In this document: positions 52,386 through 64,000 of the stretch, piece after piece
How the letters are laid out: each line of letters opens with the position of its first letter
How positions within the stretch are numbered: the stretch's first letter is position 1
Assembly: GCF_009834535.1 (NCBI RefSeq)
Contig: NC_045697.1
Location: 66,590,001 to 66,654,000, forward strand
DNA length: 64,000 nucleotides
Source: Camelus ferus
Lineage: Eukaryota
Reading direction: 5' to 3'
Translations under genes and position numbers: made by a program
Notes under the pieces: model-generated
Databases searched by the model: none
What the model was told of the DNA's origin: nothing
The model's input: only the letters and a program-made list of their open reading frames with translations

Positions 52386-54386
52386 AATACAAGGTTTGAC
52401 ATATTCATATTTATATGAGGTGAGTTTTTTATCTGATGTCATAGCTGAGTTTTATTTGCACAAGTGTCCTTTTAACAAGCATTTAGTGAACACAAGGACT
52501 TATGGGACATGTACCAGGTACTGTGCTGGGAGCTGAGGACAAATGACTTTTAGCCATAGTTAATTGTTAAATAAATCTGATAACCTAGTAAAGAAGTAAT
52601 TGTATCAGTATTGAGAGTAAGGAAACTTTCTAGAAAAGACATGATACCAGAACTAGTCCTTAAAAGATCTGCAAGGATTTGTTTAGGAGGAGAGAGAAAT
52701 ACCCCAGATTCTTTTCTCAGATTCCATTTATCTGTCAACTTTTGAATAGGTGAGTTACTAGAGGTAGGTTGTTGGAAGTCTTCTAAAAAGTATTAGGTAA
52801 TACCTAAATCAAAGTTTTGTGTTTTGCTGCATTTCGCCAATGGGATGAGTGTATTATTTCTTAAGGAAATGTGATATAGTGAGCACCAGAGTTCAATGTG
52901 AGTAATTTTACATTCCGAGTCTCAATTTTTTCATCTGTGAAGTGGGACTGTCGTTTTGCAAGGTTTTAATGAAGATTGCTGGTGCTTGTAACTGTTATTA
53001 ATGATTATAAGAAAAATTTGTTTTTCTTTACATAATGTTGCTAATTTATTTTAGCTGAAGGAAAATATAATGTGACATGTTTAAAATAAAAATATTCCCC
53101 TATATTAATAATGAATACTAATACATCCTCCTTTACAATCTAAGACATACAAAGATTTAAAAAATGAGAAATAATGAGTCATAATGTCCAAAAACTGAAA
53201 AAAATATTTTCACCTTCTGAACGAGGAAACTTTCTAACTCAACATTCTCCTTTGGCTCTAGACTCTGCACTTCAGTGTTCATGGTCAGCTCCAGGACAGG
53301 CGCCCTCTGTCTCCAGTAATGGGCCATTTCAGTCCTTCCTCATGAGGCTTCACCCGAATGCCTTTTAAATATTTGAATAATAAGTTTGTGTGAAGTGGAC
53401 TCTTCACCGTGTTGTGTGTGGGCTTCCTGAGAAGAAATACATCCATGTGTTCTTAGAGAAAATACGACTTCTCTTTTTTTATTTCACGAATTTGGGAAAC
53501 ACATTTAAGTTCCAAGCTAATATAGTGCAGCTGAGTTGTTCTTACATAAACAGAAATTGAAATTGGCTTTCTCTAAAGAAATGTTCTTTATTCAGTGCTC
53601 AGGAACTGGGTTCACTTGCTGTTCTAAAGCTGGAGTCTCACATGACCTTAGGCAAAATTTCTTGGTGCCTTTCCCTTCATTTAAAATGGCCATCTGAGAA
53701 CCACCAGTAGAAGGCAAAATGTCAGTGGAAGGTATTAATCTGAAGAAAGGTGAAAATGGTGCAGACAGCCTACTGATGTGTAGCGCAGTCAGAAGTGGGT
53801 AACAGCATTAAGTGGGCTGAGGGGCAGGATTTGAGTCCTGCCGTGAAATGTGCTACTCAAGGTAAACAGTCCATTGTTGTTGTCTTTGGCAGTTCTTGAG
53901 AACCTTGTCATGTTAATGTAGTTATTCCAAATTATTGAATTTGGAAATTGTAATGTTGCTCTCATATTTCACTTAAAAACAGTGCTGCTAACTCCCACCT
54001 TGAAAGGGATCACATGTATCTCATACGCAGGGCACGGCTAATATTTTAGTAACCCCACAAGAAGGATAGTGAAATGAAATGCTGTGAAAACACAACCAAC
54101 CTGCGTTTTCTTTTCCCAGCTTACTTGCAATGAGATACATAATGTAAAAATAACCCACTACCCAGTTCTCTTTACAAATGCACAAATGGTACCCATTGTG
54201 TATCAGAGATCACCGTGGGTCTCTGTGACCCTGGCGACACTTCAGGGGTTACATTTTCAAATGGATCAACTTTTCTTGAACAGTTTCTCCAAATTATTGG
54301 CACAGACCAGCTTTTCTTAAACAGTAAGCATTTATTCCTTTTTCTCCCACCTATTTTTCCTTATGAAACATAGCTATGAAGTCTTT

Positions 54387-54475
54387 AAGGAAGGAGAGGA
54401 AGGGAGGGAAAGCAAGGAAGGGAGGAGAAGGGGGGGAAGAGAGAGAATGAAGAGGGGAAAAAAGGAAGAAAGGAG
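54387..54475 (+). repeat. Polypurine (GA-rich) low-complexity tract
   Basis: 89 nt with only two pyrimidines. Confidence 0.85.
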
Positions 54476-56364
54476 CCTTAATTACCATTTACGTACGAGT
54501 TTCCACATAGTATCAGGGCAGTGTTGTCACACCTGATCTTAGTTCACATTTGTCCCTTTTTTAATTTTAAAGGGTTGGCTCTTTCAGGATTTCTTTTTGA
54601 GAATAGTTTATATTGCTTATTGTCCCTGAAAGAACAGCTTAAAAGATATTTATGAAACATATATTTTCATGTATTTTCCGTGACATACCTTTTGTTCATT
54701 TTTCTAATAGGGAGGAGTTGTAGATTTGGCTTTTGGTTATTTTGGAATTATTTGAAGAAAGGAAATTTCATATTTCTTTCAACTTTCTGACCTTAGGCAA
54801 TGAATACTGAGAGAGGCTGCTAGTTCTTTTTCTTTTTTGCTCTTCCACATTTTAGCATACTTCTTGATATGGTAAATAAAGTAAATACAGCGAGTCCTTT
54901 GATCATTATTGGATTTTTAGAATTAAGTCGATCATGAAACTAATTTCTTCTTGGTTCTCTGAGGATTAGGTAGAGCAGTTACTCTGCAGGTAACCATGAT
55001 ACAGAAGAGTAATGTAGAAAATAAAATAGTTAATGCCGATGTCTTAAGTTCTTTAATGTAACTTTTCATTGGAGAGACTTGGTAGTATCATGTTCAACTA
55101 TTAATGTAAACAAGTATCACAAAATTCTTTTTTCTCTTGGTTTTACAGTTGTATAGCTGGTCCAAAGTTGAAAATGTGTTTGTTCTTGAAAGAAAAATAT
55201 CCCTTATTGCTTAGATTGATGGTGCTTCAAGACATGTTTATTCAAAGATGGCAGCAAAGAGGTGAATAGGCTAAATGCTCCACATTAGGGATCACTGTGT
55301 CATGTACAACAGATGCAGCCAGTGGACTGTTTATGTAGCTGCCTTCAATTTTTCTTTGATTTATAATCTATGGGAAAATTGAAATGTTTTGTCTACTTTT
55401 TTGAAAACAAAAATAGGGACATTTTATACAAAAATCTGTTAATTCTAAAATTCAGTTCTTGAAGAAGGCTTTCTTAGCCTGCTGTTCTTCAGCTCTCACG
55501 TTAATTAAACATTCAGGTTCTTTCAAGAGTTACTCCATCAGGCAGTTAGATCAAGGAAAATTATCTTTGATTTTGGTGTCTTAGAGGCAGCTTATAGGTA
55601 TATATATATAATTGGCTAAACTTGAACATACAGCACTTAAGACTAATCGTTAAGAAATACACTGGTGTTTTTGAGGTGTGTGACGTTTGTTTGCTTTGTA
55701 GAAGGCTATCAAAAATATGCCCTATATGACACTTGAGTTTTAAATAAAACAATCAGAATATTTTCTCAACTGCTACATTTCTTTTGTGTCTAGTTACTGG
55801 AAATTATTGTATGAACATTCTAAAATAGGCAAAACTGATTGCACTATATACTTTATTTAATGCTAAAATGTGACAGAAACATACCAGTCATTACCAAAAA
55901 CAGGAAATCAACCTATCTCTGTTTATCTGTAGGGTTTCTCAAGAGAGCTTTTGATTGGCATTTGAGTAAAAGTCTCTCGGTGACATAAATATATATTTCA
56001 ATGTTTTGTGTGACCACTCACCAGTATGACTTTCCAGGTGTAACTAGCATTCTTTCAGCAAGAATAGCAGTAAAGACTTTCTACTTCCAGAAGTTTATTT
56101 TTTATTTAATGATAGTCCTGGTTAAAAGCTCTTTGGGGATTTGCAAGACAAACAAACAAACAAAAAAACAGTCATGAATACTAAAAGGATAAAAATGAGT
56201 AGTGTCTTTCTTTAGAGGTTTGAAAAAATGTTTATCCTCTTATTGTTGTTAAGATTGATGTAACTTCTCAAATTAGTGATACATGCATGTCTGCATAGCC
56301 CATGAGTGGAGTATTTTTGACAGTTAAATCTAGACTTGATGATCAGAACATCTGTTTCAGTATA

Positions 56365-56533
56365 GAAAAAGAAAAGTTTGAGAATAGTTTTATAAGTTGA
56401 CATTTGATATTTGGTCTTACGTAATTGATCTTCTGATGCTCTGAGTTTGAAAAAGAAAAGTTTGAGAATAGTTTTATACATTGACATTTGATATTTGGTC
56501 TTATTTGATTGATCTTCTGATGCTCTGAGTTTG
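56365..56533. repeat. 84-bp tandem duplication (2 copies)
   Basis: Unit gaaaaagaaaagtttgagaatag...ttctgatgctctgagttt starts at 56365 and 56449; 5 mismatches. Confidence 0.95.
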
Positions 56534-57539
56534 CTATATCTAAATCTGAAAGTTGAAAATTAGCTCTAATTTGAGCATGATCTTTTTTTGTACCCATTAA
56601 TTATGGTTATCATTTCCTTGATTGTTTTCTGATGTTAGCAACTTATCAAAGTTTAAAACTACTAAAAAATAATAAAGTTCTCTAGAATATATTTACAACT
56701 ATAAAATCCTATGAATTCTACAACCTGAATGAGAATGTAAACATTTTTAAAAAACATAAATATGATTATAATACCTTTTTTTTTTTTTTGCATATTTTGG
56801 GTGACATTAAGTCTCCAGAGTTTTGCAGGAGTTATTTTTTCATTTGTCTCAATTAGTGAAATTAAAGCAAATGTTTGCTGAAAATTGTTGGCTTTCAGAA
56901 TAATAGAATATGTTATAAAATGATTAAGTGCCAAAACCAAGACCCTGTTGTATGGAGAGGCTTGGACCAAGAAATTAATATAAACTGTATCCTGACTCAA
57001 AAATAAGTGAAAAGAAGAGATGATACTGATTTGAAAGATTGGGTGTCTCTTGCATGTATATATTTAGTAAGTTATATACAGTAGGCAATATTGATACAAT
57101 TCTATTTTATTTATACCTTGGCTTACTCATGAATGTGAAAGGGTTATGGGGAAACCTGAGATATTTACTTGCTTTCTGATAAGAAGAGCTGCCCCCTCCC
57201 CATGGCTGAGCCTGGCTCTGATGCTGCAGCACCATCTTAGAGACGGGGATTTAGCGCCCAGACTGAAATGACATGACGTGGCTTTTGTCCCAGCTCTTCC
57301 TGCTTCTGTAGGATGTCCTTGAGTAGACTCCAAAACTGCTTGTGCTCCCAGTGTAAATACTTATTCCTGCGTGACTCATAGAGGTTGAGTTGTTGTAGAT
57401 GATGCGACACATTTGAAGGCATTTGGGAGTTTTGTCTGGTAAGATATTATTCTGTCTTCTCATCACCCAGAAAACTGGAGCATTTGTGTTTTCTACCTAC
57501 CCCTTTACATCACCTCTTGCTCTCAGAGTCTGGTGTGCT

Positions 57540-58000
57540 TTTAGTAAAACTTAAAAACATTAAAAGAGGGAAAAGTTAGCTGTAATCCTGTGTATTTCTT
57601 TCTGGTCTTTTTTTTTTTTTTCTTCTTCTATGCATTCAGAATAACAATTAAAAGCAATAGTGTATATATTCTTTTGCATGTTGCTGTTTATATGTATATT
57701 TTAAGTTTTTTTTTCCCAAATTCTTTTTAAACATTATTTTTGATGGATATATAAGATGTTCAGCTAGGACGGACTGTAGTTTACTTAACTCTCATTTTGA
57801 GTGTTTAGATTGTTCCTAGTTTTTTATATTATAGCTGTATGCTGTAGGAGCATCTTAGTCTATACAATTTGATCTGATTTTGGCATGCTTTCTTAATATT
57901 GATTCTTAGCAATGAAATTACTGAATCAAAGGGCAGAAGTACTTTTATGATCTGATAATGACTCGAAAATCATTTTCTGGAAGTTTTTAAATGAAGTTTG
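57540..58000 (-). mobile_element. Old L1M 3' fragment
   Basis: tgtttagattgttcctagttttt...gagcatctt...gattcttagcaatgaaattactgaatcaaagggca. Confidence 0.7.
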
Positions 58001-58200
58001 AATCTTCCCCCGGACTAGGCATGTATTCTCTTCATTCTCCACTCTTCATTTTTCTAGGCCTAATTCTTTCAAAAACCCTTTCCACATTCCCCCAACACAC
58101 TTGAAGAAGATCTCTCATTTCCCAAGTGGTTGAGGACCCCTCACCCCCAATTTCATTTACTTTGAAAATTCTATTATCTTGAGGTAATAGCAGTTCTGAT

Positions 58201-60336
58201 TGCATTAGTTTCAAGGGCTGCTGTAATGAAGTACCACATCTTAGTGGCTTAAAACAACATAAATTTATTCTCTCACAGTTGTTGAGGCCAAAGCCAGTTT
58301 CACTAAGGCTAAGTCAACATTTCAGCGGGTCCATACTCCCTCTAGAGGCTCTAGGGGAGAATCCATTCTTTGTCTCTTCCAGCATTTGGTGGCTGCTGGC
58401 ATTCTTTGACTTGTGGCCACATCACTCCAGTCTGTCTCCGCGGTCACAATTTTTTATGTGTATGTAAACTTGCTCTCACTCTTTTTATTTTTATTTTTTA
58501 ACATTTTTATTGAGTTATAGTCATTTTACATGTTGTGTCAAATTCTGGTGTAGAGCACAATTTTTCAGTTATACATGAACATACATATATATTCACTGTC
58601 ACGTTTTTTTTCACTGTTAGCTACCACAAGATCTTGTATATATTTCCCTGTGCTATACAGTATAATCTTGTTTATCTGTTCTACATTTTGAAATCCCAGT
58701 CTGTCCGTTCCCACCCCCTACCCCCTTGGCAACCACAAGTTTGTATTCTATGAGTCTGTTTCTGTTTTGTATTTATGTTCTTTTTTAGATTCCACATATG
58801 AGTGATCTCATATGGTATTTTTCTTTCTCTTTCTGTCTTACTTCACTTAGAATGACATTCTCCAAGAACATCCATGTTGCTGCAAATGGCGTTATATTGT
58901 CGGTTTTTATGGCTGAATACTATTCCATTGTATAAATATACCACCTCTTCCTTATCCAGTCATCTGTTGATGGACATTTAGGCTGTTTCCATGTCTTGGC
59001 TATTGTAAATAGTGCTGCTATGAACATTGGGGTGCAGGTGTCATTTTGAAGTAGGGTTCCTTCTCGATATATGCCCAGGAGTGGGATTCCTGGGTCATAT
59101 GATAAGTCTATTCCTAGTCTTTTGAGGAATCTCCATACTATTTTCCACAGTGGCTGCACCAAACTGCATTCCCACCAGCAGTGAAGGAGGGTTCCCTTTT
59201 CTCCACAGCCTCTCCAGCATTTATCATTTGTGGACTTTTGAATGATGGCCATTCTGGTGAGATGATACCTCATTGTAGTTTTGATTTCCATTTCTCTGAT
59301 AATTAGTGATACTGAGCATTTTTTCATGTGCCTTTTGATCATTTGTATGTCTTCCTTGGAGAATTGCTTGTTTAGGTCTTTTGCCCATTTTTGGATTGGG
59401 TCGTTTGTTTTTTTCTTACTAAGTCATATGAGCTGTTTATATATTCTGGAGATCGAGGCTTTGTCAGTTTCATTTGCAAAAATTTTCTCCCATTCTGTAG
59501 GTTGTCGTTTTGTTTTACTTATGGTTTCCTTTGCTGTGCAGAAGCTTGTAAGTTTCATTAGGTCCCATTTGTTTATTCTTGCTTTTATTTCTATCGCTTG
59601 GGTAGACTGCCCTTGGAGAACATTTTTGAGATGTATGTTAGATAATGTTTTGCCTATATTTTCTTCTAGGAGGTTTATTGTATCTTGTCTTATGTTTAAG
59701 TCTTTGATCCACTTTGAGTTTATTTTTGTGTATGGTGTAAGGGAGTGTTCTAGCTTCATTGATTTACATGCTGCTGTCCAGTCTTCCCAACACCATTTGC
59801 TGAAGAGACTGTCTTTATTCCATTGTATATTCTTGCCTCCTTTGTTGAAGATTAGTTGACCAAAAGTTTGTGGGTTCGTTTCTGGGTTCTCTGTTCTGTC
59901 CTGTTGGTCCATATGTCTGCTTTTTTTTACCAATACCATGCTGTCTTGATGACTGTAGCTCTATAGTATTGTCTGAAGTCTGGGAGAGTTATTCCTCTAG
60001 CCTCTTTCTTTCTCTTCAGTAATGCTTTGGCAATTCTAGGTCTTTAATGGTTCCATATAAATTTTACTATGATTTGTTCTAGTTCTGTGAAATATGTCCT
60101 GGGTAATTTGATAGGGATTGCATTAAATCTGTAGATTGCCTTGGAGCTTGCCCTCACTCTTTCTCTTACAAGGATGCTTGTGACAGCCTTTAGGGTCCAC
60201 CTGGATAATTCAGGATAATCTCCCTATCACAGTATCCTTAATCACATCTGCAAAGATCTTACCATGTAAGGTAACGTTCACAGGTTCTAGATAATAGGAC
60301 CTGATGTCTTCAGGAGCCCCCATTCAGGCCCCTACA
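58201..60336 (-). mobile_element. MaLR solo LTR (MLT1C/D-like), split by an L1 (halves 58201-58484 and 60145-60336)
   Basis: tgcattagtttc..gggctgctgtaa...ggcttaaaacaacataaatttattctctcacagtt...gaggctctaggggagaatcc; continues ttagggtccacctggataattcaggataatctccc...cctaca. Confidence 0.88.
58485..60144 (-). mobile_element. Relatively young 5'-truncated LINE-1 (ORF2 C-terminus, 3' UTR, poly(A))
   Basis: ORFs 59424-59939 and 58920-59342 are L1 ORF2 ([31 protein letters not shown] zinc knuckle); premature TAG at YTME*; TSD cttgc(t/c)ctcactcttt at 58469-58484 and 60147-60162. Confidence 0.97.
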
Positions 60337-62087
60337 GTAACTTATTACTAAGATGAGTAAGGTAATTTGAATAATGATTTGGATTTTTAAAAACATTTTA
60401 TGTATTTAGAGCAAAATTAACTGATACTACTGGGAAGTAATGTAGTTGAATATGAAGTATGAATGTGACCATCAAGATGTGAGAGCTCAAGTAGCATCAT
60501 CTCTTAAGAGTATTATGTGACCTGCTATAAAACATGGTGTGTTTATATTTAAGATAGAACGAAAGAAGAGTTGATATTAACTCGTGTTTAACAAACTTCT
60601 CATTGGAAATGTGAAATTTCCTAACAAATTCCTGAAAAATCACTGAGGAAATTTATTATAGTCACTGTTATACTTTTAAGATAAGAAAACTTTTCTTTGT
60701 GAAATGAGAATGTTTCTACTGGAATTAAATCGGGCATTTTTCTCCCTCTAAATACCTATGATATCAACTAAGTTTCCCTGTTCACCTATACATAGTACAT
60801 TTATAGTTTCAGGTGTATATTCCTTTAAGTTTTTTTTTTAAATTGAGATATCATTGATATGGTGTATATATTTGTAACAATCTATACCAGGTGCAGAGCT
60901 TGCTATTCAAATTGCTGTGGTACAATTCCAGAAAATAGCAGGTTGTTACTTCTGGACTCCCATCATGAGAGAGGAGCTCAGGGAAAGTGGGAGAAAAGGC
61001 ACGGGTTAGAAATAACCTGCTAGTTCTAATCTTCAGAACCTTTGCATAAACAAGATTGGAATAAAAACAGTGTTGTGTTTTTTTTTTTTTCTTCAAATTT
61101 GGAAACCTGTAACTTGTCCAATCATAACATTCCATGCTGAGTGCATGCACACTTTTAGAAAGACACCACACTATTATGTACTAGGTCCCCAAATCTGCTT
61201 CAGTACTGGCTTTGTATATAACTTGAACTTGAGACGTCAGTTGGCTAGATGGTGTATTTTTATATTGCATCCAGTAAAATGAAAAGATAGCCAGCAAAAT
61301 GTAGTCAGCATAGCACTAGTAAGTTTTAAGAACATTTGACGTTAATCAGAATGTTAGGTCCTGTATTTTTACTGCAAAATCATCAAGCTACAATTTGTCT
61401 TCCTATGTGTATGCAAACATTTAGATACTGTCAGTGCTTAGGAGCAGCTGAATACAATGGAAGTATATTAAAAATAAGGGCAGAGTTCTGGAAAAAGAAA
61501 AGTTAACCAAAAAAGCAATTAAAAATAAGCCCAGCATTCTAAACCTGATTATTTTATTCAAAAACACAAATGTCTATATTACTTGAGGCAGTATTTGGGA
61601 CAGCAGAGAAACTATCTGTATTATTTGAATAGTAAGAATATCAGCAAGTTGTTGCTTACTTCCTAGGGGCATAGAAACAATTGTGCCTTTTGTTAGTGGC
61701 AAATCTTGGAACTCAAATAACTTACAAAAAGTATACTTCTAAGCATATTCAAAATGTGCCCCTGGTTTATATATCTGGAATCTGAAACAGTGTTTATCAT
61801 AAAACAAAGCAAAACAAAACAACAAAACCCCAAAATAGTTAAAATATTTCTTAAAAATATCTCAAGTGTCAGACCTCCGATCTCATCCTGTGCACATCCA
61901 TGAGAACAGTCGAATGACATCTTGTAGCACTAATGTGCTGAGAGCCTGGGTCTCTTTGGGCAGATGCCCAGTTGGGCATACTTTGCTGTCAGTACCTGTG
62001 TGGAGTGGGTAGGGGTCTCAGTTCATTATAGGCTGAAACTCACAGGTGTATTCTTTTCTTCATAGGCATTTTGGGCATAGAAAAGAT

Positions 62088-62280
62088 CCAGTGTTTTCCA
62101 GATTGAATGTTATGACTCATTAATGGGGTTATGACATCAATTTAATGAATCTCAACTAACAATTAAATAGATTGAAGTAAAATAAAATAGAAAATATCAG
62201 AGTGCTTCACATGTAAGGATAAGCATTGTTTTGTGAATTTTTAAAATTCTGCAATGTAATGTACAAATCTAATAAACTAT
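62088..62280. mobile_element. hAT-Charlie MER112-like element
   Basis: cagtgttttc...gactcattaatggggttatgacatcaattta...aatagaaaatatcagagtgcttcacatgtaaggataagcattgtttt. Confidence 0.7.
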
Positions 62281-62524
62281 TCTTAGATCTCCCTCGCCAG
62301 TGGGGAAGGAGTCTCATATACTACTTGACCTTTGTGTTCAGACCTTGGGAGGGGTGGAGATGCCTGTATGGGAATGTAGTATTCCTGGTTGGTAGATGGG
62401 GTAGGAGCAGATGCAGCATGACCTTAAGTGATAAACTGTATTTAACACGGCTGAGATTTTTCCCTGTATTCTTGACCAGCTCTTCACTCTCCTGAAATTG
62501 TGGATTTAGTCAAATAAAAAGATT

Positions 62525-63485
62525 GTCTATAATCTAGGAAATAAAAGCCAAAACAGCAATGAAATACTTTATACCCCTCAGATTGGAAAAAAAAAAAATC
62601 CGATAGCCCTAATATTGGCCTGAATGTGGCAAGAGAGGAATTATTTTCTGTTATTTTGGAAGGCAATTTGACAGATCTTGGTGAGTTTGAAGATACGCGT
62701 ATCTTCTGACCCACTGCTTCCATGGCTACAAATCTATTGTAGAGGAAGAAGCTCTCCTGCATGTGCATAGAACACTTGCACCAGGTTATTTATCCATATG
62801 TATGTCTTCATATCTATATTTCTATCTAAATAGGTGTATGACTATATAGATTTAGAGATCTGATCTCTGCTATACTCGGCTTCTTTTTAAAAGTGGAATG
62901 ATTAAGAAGGTAACTCAAAATCTTTGCTTTTTTTCCCCCTTATTCTCAATTCACTTTCTGCAGATTGTATGTGTGTCTGTGTGTGTGTGTAAAGGAAACA
63001 ACCTTACCATCCCTCTGCTGAGGAACAAATAACAAGCCGAGGTTATTTATGCTGTAAATACTCTATTGCAGTTGGAATGAGTAGGTTAGACTTGCCAATG
63101 GAATATATCAGAAGTAACAGGGAGGCTAGAAAAAACAAACTGCAGAGAGTTCAGATAGTTTAATGCTGTTTATGTAAAAATTTGATTCTTCAAATAATAC
63201 CTATTTTGTGTAGGGATTCATATGTATTAAAGTAAACAACCTGGATAGAAAATAATATTCTGCAATTTGGTCAACTTTATAGAGACAGTGAGAAGGGGTG
63301 GTGGTAGCACTTGGTAGTGCTTGGTGATATTTTAGCTCTTATCTGTACCATTTGATTTCTGACCAAAATAAGTTCTGAAGCAAATAAGGGCAGGATATTA
63401 ATATTTGGTAATTGTGGCTTGTAAGTACATGGGTGTAATACTGTTTCTGAACTTTTCTTTGTCCAAAATATTAAACAGCTTAAAA
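62525..63485 (+). mobile_element. Old L1ME-like ORF2 end plus 3' UTR
   Basis: aaaacagcaatgaaatac...cagattggaaaaa...ttggaaggcaatttgaca...tctgacccactgcttcc...tctgaagcaaataagggcaggatattaatattt. Confidence 0.75.
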
Positions 63486-63704
63486 TGTAGTCTATCCTAT
63501 CTTTGAAAAATAGAATCCTTTAGTCTTTGTGTTACAGATTAATTAAATTTGTTGGAATTTCCACAACTCTTGATGCATTCACTTGTAATATTTTGAAGAA
63601 CAGGGAAGATGTTTATATCAAGTCTCATTTGCTGATCTCTGATATATTTGGCTTCATTCCAGTGAAGGGGTGATTAAGAGAGTGTTGTGAATGCTTTGAT
63701 TCTT

Positions 63705-63860
63705 TGTTCTCAGTGTACGTTCACTAGAACAGAAGCTGCGTGAGGGCTGGAATTCTGGTCTCTTTGGCTCACAAGCATCTAGAGTAGTTAGTGCCTGGCA
63801 CTAGGACGGCTCAGTAATTTGTGCTGAATGAATGAATGAATGAATGAATGAATGAATAAA
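63705..63860 (+). mobile_element. LINE-2 3' end with (GAAT)8 tail
   Basis: cactagaacagaagctgcgtgagggctgg...agtgcctggcactagg...ctcagtaatttgtgctgaatgaatg; GAAT x8 at 63826-63857. Confidence 0.85.
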
Positions 63861-64000
63861 AGGATAAATAATGAATCCCCAGCTATGAACGCTTTGTCAT
63901 ATCCTGTTAGTTTATGCATGTAGCATAGGCACTGCATATTACATGCCAAGAAGTGAAGTTACAGTACAGGATATTAAGAGATGCTTCTATATTAATCCAT

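Noticed and set aside
54205..54256. Two adjacent hairpins ending in ACA (H/ACA-like RNA)
   Set aside because: Far too short (about 50 nt), no ANANNA hinge, and the stems rely on G-U pairs.
55149..55261. Exon candidate (strong acceptor, AG|GTGAAT donor)
   Set aside because: 113 nt and not frame-preserving, weak donor, unrecognised peptide; indistinguishable from a pseudo-exon without RNA data.
56365..56533. CRISPR-like array or tandem snoRNA pair
   Set aside because: Only two adjacent copies with no spacers, in eukaryotic context, and no C box.
113..62768. The many 60-190 aa ORFs in the supplied track as genes
   Set aside because: They are short, often start at non-ATG codons, have low-complexity F/L/K/I composition, and many lie in repeats or are antisense shadows of L1 (for example 59281-59859, 33831-34127, 4130-4584). 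None resembles a protein I recognise except L1 ORF2 and the tentative CR1 relic.
1..64000. A novel multi-gene system (defence, CRISPR, operon-like)
   Set aside because: The sequence is repeat-rich mammalian non-coding DNA with no intact genes; nothing in it supports such a claim.

Overview
AT-rich mammalian genomic DNA, very likely from a camelid. The only lineage-specific SINE is a tRNA-Ala-derived vic-1-type element, and I saw no Alu, B1, Bov-A, PRE1, CHR or SINEC copies. I found no protein-coding exon, RNA gene or CpG island that I can recognise. The only ORFs with recognisable protein motifs are broken LINE-1 ORF2 fragments, plus a possible, very decayed CR1/L3 relic. The window is a mosaic of ancient eutherian repeats (MIR, L2, MLT1 LTRs, hAT-Charlie and Tigger MITEs, a MamGyp-like LTR, old L1M pieces), a few younger L1/SINE insertions, and repeat-poor spacers. 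Most L1 and MLT1 copies lie on the - strand, which suggests (inference only) a large intron of a gene transcribed on the + strand; I cannot name that gene. I see no evidence of a new multi-gene biological system. The most notable observations are mechanistic footprints: a TSD-flanked internal L1 fragment with no 3' end (candidate internal priming), a TSD-flanked bare poly(A) insertion, a palindromic, apparently templated insertion inside a MIR, and a young L1 nested in an MLT1. There are also a few candidate cryptic exons and regulatory elements. Repeat family names come from remembered consensus sequences, and most boundaries are approximate (about +/-20-50 nt) unless a TSD or TIR is cited.
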